DNA of 63,657 nucleotides, the filler included, from Octopus bimaculoides (taxonomy: Eukaryota), in NCBI RefSeq assembly GCF_001194135.2. It is 4 parts of 4 records of this genome, joined end to end, with 100 filler letters (N's around TTAATTAATTAA, not from the genome) between each part and the next. Parts side by side here need not be neighbours in the genome. Positions count along the whole stretch, not along the records: positions 1 to 21,769 come from NC_068990.1; 3 more parts are not named here. One strand, 5' to 3'. The notes beneath the pieces are model-generated. The model was not told where the DNA came from. It searched no databases and saw nothing but the letters and a program-made list of their open reading frames with translations. This document shows positions 1 to 12,469 of the stretch, piece by piece. The position numbers and the translations under genes were made by a program. Numbering within the stretch: position 1 is the stretch's first letter; each line of letters starts with the position of its first letter.

Positions 1-999
1 GGGGGTTCTGCCTCCTTTAAGCCACCTCAAATTCAATCCAAACATACTGCATTTTCTTTTTTTCTCGTCCCTCCCCAATTCTTCTATCCCTCTGCCTCTA
101 GCTCTCTCCTCTCCTTCCACGCAACCAGTTTTCAACCAAGCCCAACCTTTCTTTCTTGGTTCAACCACCATCCATGCAACATCTATATTCCTTCCCATGC
201 CTGTCATCTCTTATGTGCCTGCTGTAAGGCTTCACTTCCACACACGCCAGCTTAATTTAATTCGTCTTTAGTTGAAAGATACTTGTCGTTGATGTCCTAT
301 TGTTTGCATATCTATTTGTGTACCATTTCTCCATTTTTTTTCATCCTTGTTTTCGTATACATTCGCTGCTTTCTTCCAAGGAATCTAATGCTCTTAGCTT
401 AGATTTTCCTTGGCGCTGGCCAGATTGGAGCAGTCTCAAGTATAACCAGCCGAAACTACAAAGATAATCTGGAACTTGACTGATGAAAAAACTCCAAATG
501 ACCCATCCTTGTTTTTCATGTCCCTTTTTGTATCATCCAACAGTCTGGAAGTTTTGTTGTTGCCTGTCATGTTCTTGTCCCATGTTTTGTACTCTTTTTA
601 TTTACATATAGCGGCATACGTACACTTTGGTCTCATATATATAATTTAATTCCAAGAGAGTTAGAGAGTTAAGGGATAATATCTATCCAATATACTGCTG
701 GTAGAATACCCACAAGTGTTTTTTCATTGCATGACAATTACACTACTGAATGTAATAAATGGGTGAGGGTAAAATGTTTTTTTACTCTTTATACAGCAAT
801 AAGAAAATGGAGGGTATCAAGAGGTGGTATTCATCAACTTTTAGGCATTATATTATGTCTATTTATTTATTTTTTAAAAACAATAATAACACTATACATA
901 CATGTATAACATTATGCTTTACATATATAATATATAAGTGGATATACTCTCTTTTACAGCAGTCAGCACTATGTCTAACACGACCAATCATCTGAAATT

Positions 1000-1720
1000 T
1001 TGACACCTCTTTTGGGTTTGTTTTCCTACATCACTCATAAAGTAAATTTGGAGGAACTGTGGTTGTTCATTTGTGGGTAACAGGGAACCAATGAGGTGAG
1101 GGACTTGCCCTTAAACTTTGACATCAGTGTAAATTCATTTTTAACTATCTTCTTAGATGCAGTAAATGATGTCATTTGAAATGCAGGGTTGTATTGTCTG
1201 ATATTGTTCAGAAAATCCTTTGACTGGATGGAAGTGCCTTTTAGAAGGTCCAAAAGAAGTTGAGAAGGAGCTGGTAGTGCTGGCAATGTTACCTGACTAC
1301 CTGAGCAGCACATACCATTTGTTACATTTGAAAATTTTAAACCTCTATAGAAACAACAATTTGTGTTTAGCACACCAATTTGGACAGAGTTATCATTTTT
1401 ATAAGAATGAGATGGATCATATCTGAAAACAGCTTCAGGAGTTGTGAAGAACGAATTTGTACATAGTCTGTTTCTGAGGGCTATTCTATTGGACCTCTGT
1501 CTAATCATTAAAACATTGATTTAATAATCCAACATCAAGTGCTGCAGCATTCATTTGCTGATCTTGGGAAAATCTCATCTACCTTCTCTCCTGAGACTCC
1601 ATCTGATATGCTGCAGCATGCCTTTGCTGATCTTGAGAAAATCTCATCTCGCTTCTCTCTTCAGAATCTACCCTCTGGTTTTCTACAATCCTCCTTGCTG
1701 TATACTTGTTTCTGGAGAGA
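1000..1720 (-). mobile_element. Helitron RepHel N-terminal fragment (decayed), including 23-aa repeats
   Basis: ORF 1035-1508 reads FRYDP..Y....VQIG.....C..(C)..LKF.....GMCC.G..V.LP.LP.P..LL..LL......SK.FL.NIRQYN.AFQMTSF; a shifted frame continues QGQVPHLIGSLLPTNEQPQFLQIY. These motifs are typical of the region upstream of the Helitron Rep domain. Frameshifts and stops are present. Confidence 0.85.
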
Positions 1721-2702
1721 TTATGTCTTTTCTTTGGTGGCATATTTTTTCAATATTGTAAACAAAAAATTATGAACATAGAAAGAACAAAGAAATTATA
1801 CATTAATCCCTATTTTTGTAAGCAGTTGTTTGTATGTAGTATGTTTTTATTTTTTCATGCAATATAAATTAACCAAACAGAAGCACATGTATGAACTGCT
1901 AATTTAACAGTAAATGCCACAATAATTATTATAGATAAATTTCTTAATATATATATACATTAAGCACCTGTATTGAATGTTAATTTAAGGGTAAATATGT
2001 AACTGAAAATACCTTGCAACCTTGCAACTGCTCCGATAATTATTAACTGGTAACTGAACAGTAAATGTGTATTTTTATATGCATTGGACCTGCCTCCTCA
2101 TTGTGTTTTTGTCAAGAGTTTCACTTCCAGCCATTCCTTATGTCAGTCAACACATACACTGACACACCATTCTGCTGTGGTGGCCGTAAAGACAGAAAGT
2201 TGCCGGTGCATAATGTTGTTCACATTAGGTTGTAAATTATTCATTTATTTCAAATAAGATGATATTAATGTTATCACATTAGAATTAAAAGTGAAAGAAT
2301 AAAAGTGTAACACTATTATAGCCTTATCAAATTATAGATGATAAGCAGCTTTCTTTATTATAGTACAGATGTGACTTATTTGGCGACACATTACTTTCAT
2401 TATTGAAACATTGTCACTCTCGTAATGCAACACTTTGTAATTTTGGTTGAAATTGAAAATGTGAAACTATCTCCACTTTCTAACGAAACCTGGTCGTTGT
2501 AGAGCAGTGTCCTTCAAATAACTATAACTGGTTGTTGAGATAATATATGTAAATGAATATATGTAAATGAAAATATAGTTTATTTGGTAGCCAAAAATTA
2601 CTGAATATTTCGATACCCCATACGTCAAAATGGGCAACCCAATTTTCGAATGCATTAGGAACATACGCGCATGCACACACACACACACACATGCGCGCGC
2701 GT

Positions 2703-2734
<32 letters not shown>

Positions 2735-2908
2735 TCTTTTAGTGATAGTTTGTTGCCAATTTAATGTGGCAGTCTCAGGAAAGGGAAGAATGCTACTGCT
2801 ATTTAACCCCAGGGAACATCGTTTCCAGTTGGCTATGTGACACAAGCATTCTGTGTCCTTAAGTTTTCAAACAAGGGAGATAAGCACCTCCACCCAGCAA
2901 AGCCAGCA

Positions 2909-2951
2909 TCCAGAGACTAGTCTCAGAGTCATTGCTCTTCATCAGTCTAGA
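2909..2951 (-). ncRNA. Minimal type I hammerhead ribozyme motif (Penelope-type), one core substitution
   Basis: Minus strand: UCUAGA-CUGAUGA-AGAG(CAAUGA)CUCU-GAGA-CUAG-UC-UCUGGA. Stem I 6 bp (one GU), stem II 4 bp, palindromic stem III ACUAGU, GUC cleavage triplet. GAAA is changed to GAGA. Confidence 0.7.
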
Positions 2952-3265
2952 GTAGCTTGGCTTGCTAGCTGAATTTTTTATTACGATTATAAAAATCTTA
3001 CACAGATGGGTACATTACAAGACATTACAAATACATAAAGATGTCATGATGAGTTCGTATGGTCATTTAAAAAATTTGATTTCAGCTATATACAATTTAA
3101 TTTTGACTTGTTTTTAAAACGTTTATTTAAAAAAAACACAGAGGGAACGCACCTGGCAGCCTGTAAGGCCCATCGACTATCTATTTCTTCCTTCGTTGAT
3201 GATTAAGTTGGGTTACTAACACCCACCTTTCTCATCACATCCTTCCATAGTTTTTCATACACACT

Positions 3266-5215
3266 TCATGACAGGGTTTTCCTCTCCAACCCCATCATGC
3301 TCTTCAGATGGTACCTGAAGTAAGTTAGCAACCCGGGGCCAGAGACGAAGGACCCTGTCACGATACCTTCCAATCTAGATCTCCATATGCATTCTTTCAA
3401 TATTGCAACTGTACAGAGAAAACATGCCTCACCTTCCTTTGAGAGTCCAGCTGGCGGTACCATCTTTATTATAGATCCAGCTGATAGCCACACTCCCCCC
3501 AGATGCGACAACATGTATTCTATGTAACTTATCAAGCTTGACAGCTCCCGACATTGTACAAATGAGTGCTGAATGGTTTCGTCGTCCAGCCCACATCTCA
3601 GACATGTCAGTGGCACTGACATTCTGTGCCTGGATAACTTATTGCAAACAGGTAGAGCATTCCTGTAACACTGCCAGGCCAGGGACTTTTGGTAATTATC
3701 CAAATATCCCGGCCTGACAGCCCTATGAAACAGGTTGGCAAGTTGGTTATTGCCAGGCCAGAGACTTTTGGTAATTATCCAAATATCCCGGCCTGACAGC
3801 CCTATGAAACAGGTTGGCAAGTTGGTTCTCGTCGAACCCCAGAGCCTCTCCTAGGACGTCATCAGTTTTGTACTCTACCAGCCTTCTATAGAACACTGAG
3901 GTGGTATTCCCACTGCCAGCCTTGCCAGTCTTGTGGATTAGCATGAGTGCCTGTCGGCACTCCTTTTGCCATACAATCAGATTATGTCTTTTTATGAAAC
4001 CGGGTTTAAAATCTCTTCATAGAGGCCGGTCGCGGGAAGAATCCCTCTGCCAGCGAACTCCACATCTTATCACCTTCCAGGTGGCGCTAGAGATGTCTCA
4101 GCCTCAACGCATGTCTGCGCATCATTAGCCAAGGTATTCCAAGCCCACCCTTTAACGGTTTCTGGCAGCAAATGGAGTGCCTCACAAGTGGCTTTCCTCC
4201 TTTCCGCAAAAAGCGGGAAAAGAGTTGTTCCAACTTGTTTAGCCACGAATCAGGGCAAGGGACAACGGTCAGGTGGTAAGCGATTACAGATGCAATAAAC
4301 ACCTGTACCACCTCTGCCCTTCCTTTCAAGAACAGAGCCCTTCCAGACCAAGTCCACATCAGTGCCTCCACCTTGTCTGCCCTCTCACTCCAATTCTTCT
4401 CCGTCTGTGAGTTTCGCCCAAACCAAACTCCAAGCAACTTAACAGGATCGTCTGTCCAGTGACCCACGACACTGAACGATATCGACTTGCTCTTTCAGGT
4501 GACAGGGTGCAAGCCGATGGACTTGTCCTTGTTAAATTTTGCCCCTGCTACCACCTCGTATCCTCTGATAGCATCTTCTACACAAGGTAGCTGTGCTTCG
4601 TTGGACACGATGAAGGTGACTTCATCCGCATAAGCAGAGACAGACTTACCGCATCCAATTTCATTAGGGTTGCCTCCCAACTTCTCTAAATTTCGCAGCA
4701 ATGGTTCAAGAGCCAACATGTACAGAAGCAGAGACAAAGGACACCCTTGACGAACTGGGCGCTTAATCGAAAACGGCTCCATCAGGTAACCGTTTATCTG
4801 GATTGTGGACTTGATGCCGCTGTACATAGCAGAAATCCACCCGCAAAAGCTCAGGCCCAACCCAGCCACTTCGAGGACCACCGCCATGTACTGATGGTCT
4901 ACCCTATCAAATGCTTTACTTTGGTCTAAATGGACTATTGCCCCACCGTTGCCAGATAATTTACCAACCCTGTCTAAGGTGTAGCGGATAAGGTGAAGAT
5001 TATCCTGCATCGACCTGCCTGGGATTGCACATGTCTGTGCCTTCCCTACAAGTTTCTCCATGACAGCCGTCAACCTTTTCGCTAACACCTTGGCCAAAAT
5101 CTTTAACTCTACATTTAGTAGAGTTATGGGCCTGTAATTGCTAATACTATCCCCCTTGCTCGGGTCTTTCTGGACCAGCGTCAACACTCCCCGGCTCTCA
5201 GAACTGGGAATCCTC
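3266..5215 (-). pseudogene. ORF2 reverse transcriptase and C-terminal zf-RVT-like region
   Basis: NYRPITLLNVELKILAK, LDQSKAFDRVDH, VRQGCPLS..LY, YADE (degenerate YADD), LLGVWF, and AWQCYRNALP...C.RC...ET..H.F..C. Confidence 0.92.
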
Positions 5216-5579
5216 TCATTCTGTTGTCAGTTTGTACNNNNNNNNNNNNNNNNNNNNNNNNNNNNNNNNNNNNNNNNNNNNNNNNNNNNNNNNNNNNNNN
5301 NNNNNNNNNNNNNNNNNNNNNNNNNNNNNNNNNNNNNNNNNNNNNNNNNNNNNNNNNNNNNNNNNNNNNNNNNNNNNNNNNNNNNNNNNNNNNNNNNNNN
5401 NNNNNNNNNNNNNNNNNNNNNNNNNNNNNNNNNNNNNNNNNNNNNNNNNNNNNNNNNNNNNNNNNNNNNNNNNNNNNNNNNNNNNNNNNNNNNNNNNNNN
5501 NNNNNNNNNNNNNNNNNNNNNNNNNNNNNNNNNNNNNNNCTGCATCTCCTCCTGCGCCCCTGTTCGTCAGTTAAAGACT

Positions 5580-6562
5580 TTATAAAGGCATTTTTACCTC
5601 TCTGAATCTCCACATGATGTGCTCATCCGGCAACGTTAATACCTTCTCATTTCCCTGCACGCAGCTTAGCTCTAACTCGGCACCCTTCGTGTTTGGCATT
5701 GAGGTGACGGTACAGGACCGTTCTCGCCGCCAACACTCCAGGTGCAGAGCCAGATTCCATTTCCTCATCTAGGCTCTTAACTAAGTCACCCTCTATTCTA
5801 GTCCTATCTAAACTTAGCTGCTTGCTAAATCTAATGGACTCTAAGCGGATGGCTCTTTTGAGGGCGTTCCACCATCTATTATTAATGATGGTGCCACATA
5901 ACGCCCTCTGAACTAACTCCTTAATCCGGGTACGGAAGGCTTCACAAGTCAAAACAGACTTATTCATCTTCCAGTACCCGGGTCTCTATCTTTGAGATTT
6001 ATCTAAATGTACCTCACACGTCACAAATTTGTGATCCATGTAAGGTACAATACAAAACTGTGAACAATTAAATGTATTCTTATCTCTTTTCCTAACGAAT
6101 ACCCTACCTAAGTACGATCTGTGTGAGCCGTCATTGTTACTCCACATCCACTGTGGAACGCTCGGCTCATCAAGTCAGTAACGGTCTACTAGATTAAAGC
6201 TCTCTAGCAGACCCTTGAAGCCTTTCAGTCAAGCCAACACTATCCACCCACGCATCAAGGATAGTGTTAAAGTCACCGACTAGAACTATCGTTTTCAACG
6301 TCACTAGAAAGTGTTCCAGGTCTCGGAAAAAACCCGACTGCCCATGCTCGTTAGGAGCGTAGACAGCTACCAACCTGAAGGACTGCTTAGTTACATGTGT
6401 CACATCTAGGACGACCAGCCTACCTTCTGGGTCCAGAAAGACAGTACTTACCTGTAAGTCCAAGCTCTTCCTGATAAAGACTGCCACGCCCCTTCCTCGG
6501 CTAGGAGAAATAAATTTCTCGTAACCATTCAAAAGAGGCAAGAACGTTTGAGGTTCGCTCAT
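5580..6562 (-). pseudogene. ORF2 apurinic-like endonuclease and linker region
   Basis: GRGVAVF..., GRLVVLDV, FRLVAVYAPN and LVGDFNTILD motifs; downstream DHKFV and PGYWKMNKSVL, typical of L1/Tx1 ORF2. Confidence 0.88.
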
Positions 6563-7463
6563 CTTNNNNNNNNNNNNNNNNNNNNNNNNNNNNNNNNNNN
6601 NNNNNNNNNNNNNNNNNNNNNNNNNNNNNNNNNNNNNNNNNNNNNNNNNNNNNNNNNNNNNNNNNNNNNNNNNNNNNNNNNNNNNNNNNNNNNNNNNNNN
6701 NNNNNNNNNNNNNNNNNNNNNNNNNNNNNNNNNNNNNNNNNNNNNNNNNNNNNNNNNNNNNNNNNNNNNNNNNNNNNNNNNNNNNNNNNNNNNNNNNNNN
6801 NNNNNNNNNNNNNNNNNNNNNNNNNNNNNNNNNNNNNNNNNNNNNNNNNNNNNNNNNNNNNNNNNNNNNNNNNNNNNNNNNNNNNNNNNNNNNNNNNNNN
6901 NNNNNNNNNNNNNNNNNNNNNNNNNNNNNNNNNNNNNNNNNNNNNNNNNNNNNNNNNNNNNNNNNNNNNNNNNNNNNNNNNNNNNNNNNNNNNNNNNNNN
7001 NNNNNNNNNNNNNNNNNNNNNNNNNNNNNNNNNNNNNNNNNNNNNNNNNNNNNNNNNNNNNNNNNNNNNNNNNNNNNNNNNNNNNNNNNNNNNNNNNNNN
7101 NNNNNNNNNNNNNNNNNNNNNNNNNNNNNNNNNNNNNNNNNNNNNNNNNNNNNNNNNNNNNNNNNNNNNNNNNNNNNNNNNNNNNNNNNNNNNNNNNNNN
7201 NNNNNNNNNNNNNNNNNNNNNNNNNNNNNNNNNNNNNNNNNNNNNNNNNNNNNNNNNNNNNNNNNTTTTTTATCCTGATTTATGGGGAGGGGTTTGGTCA
7301 AATGTGTTCCAATGAGCACAGTACCACTGGGATGGGGCTGGGGAATTTTTCTAATGTTGTCTGTATGCAAAAATTTTTTTGTTTGAGGAGGGGAGTTCAT
7401 GGTATTTATTTTTTTCCTTTTATATGTCACCTGGGTAAATTCCATCAGGAACTTTATCTTTTT

Positions 7464-8351
7464 TCACTTTTTTCCTGTTTTTTCGTTTCCTGCTGTTTTC
7501 TCTGGCTTTTCTGCCTCCTTCACCGCATTTTGGTGAGGGGCTTCGTTTTCTTTTTTCTTGGTACAAGTAGAGCGAACATGGCCCTTCTGCCCACACTTAA
7601 AGCATCTGGGCCTACATCCCTCTACCGACACACAAATTGTGTGCCCTTCCCCTACAAATACCCTATCGGGCAAATTTTCTAAAGTTTCATTAAAGGCTTG
7701 TACCACTAATTCGAGTGTTTGGCCTTTCCAATTGCTCACATCTTTCTTTTTCATTTGCAAGATGGTTACTTTCTCCTCCACATCATACATTACTACTGCC
7801 GCCACCCACAGAACTTCATATCCAGCAAGAATTTCTTCTATTGTGATTTTAGCTGTCCTGCAGCCCAAATATGTGAGCAGCAGCATTATCTCTTCTGTTT
7901 TTTAGTGTCTTAGTTGACACTTCCTTCGCTACGTTAGCTGATAGGAACTGCAATTCAACAGTCGTGCTACATGTTCCCTGGCTAACGTAGCATACCTTGT
8001 TCCAAATTGGTGCCATGCATCTCTCAACCACCTCATTTTTCGCCTCCATAATTTTTTTCTCTTTCAGGTTATAAACCTTGTATACCACTGTTCGGGCATT
8101 AATTTCTGCAACTGTTTCAGGGGGCAGCAACAGCTTAGTGTCACCGCCACTTTTTTTTATTAAGTTCCTGAAAACTTATACAACTGCTCCATTTTTACTT
8201 CAAGTTCCGTTTCGTTCCTACCCACTGCGGCTGTAAAAATTTCCTTTCCCTGCCTATCCTTGTTTACACTGGTACACTCCTTTCCCATCATAGGGAAGTC
8301 TTTTAAAGATTCAATACTGAATTCCATAACGAAACTTTTCAATTTTTTCAA
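7464..8351 (-). pseudogene. Tx1-type ORF1 (gag-like nucleic-acid-binding protein), frameshifted
   Basis: Three consecutive minus-strand ORFs. Zinc knuckle RPRCFKCGQKGHVRSTC (CX2CX4HX4C). Located directly upstream of the APE domain. Confidence 0.8.
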
Positions 8352-8959
8352 AAATTAATAAAGTAATGCCCAGCAATGTGNNNNNNNNNNNNNNNNNNNN
8401 NNNNNNNNNNNNNNNNNNNNNNNNNNNNNNNNNNNNNNNNNNNNNNNNNNNNNNNNNNNNNNNNNNNNNNNNNNNNNNNNNNNNNNNNNNNNNNNNNNNN
8501 NNNNNNNNNNNNNNNNNNNNNNNNNNNNNNNNNNNNNNNNNNNNNNNNNNNNNNNNNNNNNNNNNNNNNNNNNNNNNNNNNNNNNNNNNNNNNNNNNNNN
8601 NNNNNNNNNNNNNNNNNNNNNNNNNNNNNNNNNNNNNNNNNNNNNNNNNNNNNNNNNNNNNNNNNNNNNNNNNNNNNNNNNNNNNNNNNNNNNNNNNNNN
8701 NNNNNNNNNNNNNNNNNNNNNNNNNNNNNNNNNNNNNNNNNNNNNNNNNNNNNNNNNNNNNNNNNNNNNNNNNNNNNNNNNNNNNNNNNNNNNNNNNNNN
8801 NNNNNNNNNNNNNNNNNNNNNNNNNNNNNNNNNNNNNNNNNNNNNNNNNNNNNNNNNNNNNGTGCTTATATACAATTTTTGATTTTAACTATTATGTACA
8901 ATTTAATAAATGCGTTTTAAAATAAATGAAAACTTGCAAAAAATTTTGAGAACTTAAAC

Positions 8960-9570
8960 AGGTCCGTTTTTTATTCTTATTTTAATTACACAGAAATTAA
9001 TTTCTCCAGCCAAACAGCCTATAAGGCCTAGCAGATCACTTTTTATTTCTTAGATGGTTAATTTGGGCAACTAGCACCCACCTTTTTCATCACTTCCTTC
9101 CATTTTTGCTCATATACTCTAACTGACAGTGTCCTCTTTTCCAGCTCCATCTTGCTTCCAGATGATATCTGAAATAACCCAGCAAACCGGGGCCGGATAT
9201 ATAAGACCCTGTCACAAAACCTTCCATTCTTGTTCTCCATATGCACTCTTTCAACACTGCTACCATACAGAGAAAACAAACCTCACCTTCCTTCGAGAGT
9301 CCAGTTGGCGGTATCATTTTTATTACAGATCCAGCCGACAGCTGTACTCATCCCAGATGTGACAACACGTGTTCTACGTAAATCATCAAGCCCGAAAGCT
9401 TCCGACAATGGACAAAAGCATGCTGGACAGTTTCACTATCCAGCTCACATCTTGGACATGTCGGTGGCACTGCCATACTGTGCCTTGATAACTTATCACG
9501 AACAGGTAAAGCGTTCCTGTAACACTGCCAAGCTAGGGATTTTTGGAAGTTATCCAAATACCCCGGAGCA
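8960..9570 (-). mobile_element. Second, diverged Tx1-family copy (3' end only)
   Basis: ORFs 9348-9557 and 9090-9317 closely resemble the 3266-3820 protein (SLAWQCYRNALPV.DKLSRH...TCPRC; GLSKEGE.CFLC.VA.LKECIWR). Truncated at 9570, where the Penelope-like element begins. Confidence 0.9.
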
Positions 9571-9753
9571 CTCTAGAAACTTATGCAAAACCCACAATTG
9601 CTTTTGTTAAGTTATACATTTATATGGCCTGCCTTAAGATCTAATATTATAATGGAATCTATACTATATTATCCCTAGAAGTTTATGACAAAACCACAGC
9701 CGCTATTTGTAAATTTTATATTTTAATATGGCCTGCCTTAATATCCAATATTA

Positions 9754-9817
<64 letters not shown>

Positions 9818-10133
9818 CTACAATGTACTATACATTATAGTCACAATGGAACTCAATACTCTATTGTCACTATATAGCCTTCTACAGAAATGTTGACATA
9901 GGAATAAATTACAATAATAATGGATATTAGCGTCAAATCTCTCTCTTGAATTTAAATTTAAAACTTTGGATATATAACCAAGGAGAACGATCCCTAAGGA
10001 GTCTAATTTAGACTTTTTACGGTGAAATCTCTTGCTATATTGGTAACGATTACATGGTTTTCTATGAACAATTATATACTACCTCTCGTCTTATAGTAGA
10101 CACAGCTACCTAACCGTTTACCAATGGAGGTTT

Positions 10134-12454
10134 TTGACATCGATGCATCCATGCATGAAAGACATACCCATCCCGCCAAAAAAGATCTATATTGAGCAGC
10201 TCATCCAAAAAACACATTCTTTTATAAACAGAATTCGATGGAGGGCACACTTTTGGGATAAAAAAGAACAACACAATGACATATCGAAAGATGAATCAAG
10301 ATACACGAGATTGTTTAAGTCTAGAAGAAATCCGCCGTATAACCACAAATTAGACAAATTCGAAGAAGACATTTGGTCTGTGGTAAAGAACATTAAATTT
10401 AATAGATCACCAAGAATGAACCAACACCTGAAACACCTAGAAGGAATTATTAAGGAAATAAGGAACACTGACAAGATTCTGGTGAAATCTGACAAAACAG
10501 GAAACATCTATAAATTAACCAGACAGAACTACAAAGACTTACTGAAAAAAGAAATTGAGAAAAGTTATAAGGTAACAAATAAAAATACACTTAAGAAGGC
10601 AAATATGGAAACCAAAGAGATGATGGAAAAATACAACCTGACAGATAGGACGGAACCATTGATACCAAAAGAACCGAGATTCATTCTTAAAGATCACAAA
10701 GTGAATTTTTGGACACAACCATCCTTAAGGCTTATCTGCCCAACAAAATCGGACATAGGGATATTAAGTAAAAATATTATCAAAAAGTATATAACTACAA
10801 TAATAGATAGGTTGAAGTTAAATTTATGGTCAAGTACAGACCAAGTCATCAGATGGTTTAATTCTAATGAGCACAAAAAAATACTAAATTCATTCAATTT
10901 GATATAGCTAATTTTTATGTATCCATTAACCCGATCATATTAAATAAGGCAATGTGGTTTTTTCACAAGAAGGCTGGACTTACTAGAGAAGAATTTAAAG
11001 TGATATCAACTGCTAGAAAGTATTTTATTAGTTTTAATGATAAAATATGGATATGGAAGGATACACCAGATGCTTTCGATGTCCTCATGGGGAGCTCTGA
11101 CTCAGCACAAATAGCTGATATGGTGGGTTCCTTCATTCTTTATGAATTGAATGATCAATTCCCTATGATTAGGGGGGGGGTCTATATAGGGATGACTGTC
11201 TTCTATATATTAGGAATAGCTCCAACCAAAAACTGCAAAGGATTAAGGGTAAATTGGCTAGATTTTTTCATAGAATGGGGATGAACATCATTTATGAAGA
11301 CGATACTTCTGTAGCTAATTTCTTGGATGTGACATTAGATATTAAAAATGAGACATATAGACCATATCATAAACCTTTAACTAACCTAAAGTATATAAAT
11401 AAATCGAGTAACCATCCTAGAGGAATTATTGATAATTTAGTTTAAAATATTTCATTAAGACTCCAGATTATCTGCTAATAATAGGATTTTTAATAATGAA
11501 GCTCAATTCTATAATTCGGCATTAAATAGGGCAGGTTACAAAGAGAAGGTTTACTATATTGAAACTGATAGCAACAACATTAAGACAGATAAGAATAATA
11601 GGCATAAGAATAAACTTAGTGGAAATAAGGAAAATAAACCCAGGAATGTCCATAAACGTAACATAGGTAATTAAAATTTTTTTAAGAATGATACTGGTGA
11701 CTGTGATAATACTAAAGATGATAATGTTTGGTTCATAATCCTGTTTGGTAGGAATATTAAAACTAACTTGATTGCAAAATTTAGAGAGGTGATAAGCAGA
11801 CATTTCCCAAAGAATTCACACTATGGTAAAATTATTAATGCACATATCATTAGATTTGGGTTTTCAAACACTATGAATTTAGCCCAAATAATTGCAGCCC
11901 ATAATTTTAAAATACTTAAATCTAAAGACATGGGGGTGGATAGCGATATGAACCCTGATATAAATGATAATAATAATAATGGCGGTATTAATAATAGTGA
12001 TAATGATAGTAATAATCGGAATTTAATTACAGTAACAGAGGTCAACCCCAGAAGATTGGAATTTGAAGGCCCTAATGCGAGAGTTAGAAATGTAGTTTAT
12101 CAATGTAAGGTAAGAACTCAGACAGATGTTAGGCGATACCTGGGATGTACTTCAGGACAAATCTGTAAAAGAATATCTAATCATTTTAGTACTTTTAGAG
12201 ATAGAAGTAAAATAGCAAGCACTAGCCTTAGTAAATTCTTCTGGGAACTGAAAGAACAAAAAAAGCAATATTCGTTAGAATGGTCAGTCATCGGGAGGTC
12301 AATCCCGTACGACAAGGGTAGGAGATATTGTTCGTTATGTACCTTAGAACTTTATTTCATATTATTCTCTAAGGGTAAGTTGATAAATAAACTAACAAAT
12401 AATGCTCTAAAATGTACACATTTTATAAGACATACTTTTCGCTGGTTTAAATAA
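10134..12454 (+). pseudogene. Penelope-like RT / GIY-YIG endonuclease polyprotein (frameshifted)
   Basis: KSDKTGN, LKDHK.NF...PSLRLICPTKSDIG, MGSSDSAQIADMVG, YRDD at 11185-11196 (shifted by a 2-nt TA insertion), NFLDVTLD, Y.PYHKP....KYINKSSNHP; then NVVYQCKV...YLGCT (GIY-YIG), NH, CSLC..E and KCTH. Confidence 0.9.
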
Positions 12455-12469
12455 AATTGCAATATGACA

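Larger units (their letters stand above)
3100..8355 (-). mobile_element. Tx1/L1-clade non-LTR retrotransposon, near full length, decayed
   Basis: ORF1 pieces (7464-8351) with a CCHC knuckle, then APE endonuclease (6194-6562), RT (4087-5187) and C-terminal zinc-binding region (3266-3820), all on the minus strand in canonical order. Interrupted by N gaps, frameshifts and stops. Confidence 0.92.

Noticed and set aside
2484-2500. GAAACCTGGTC, resembling a hammerhead 3' half
   Set aside because: No CUGANGA or stem II upstream.
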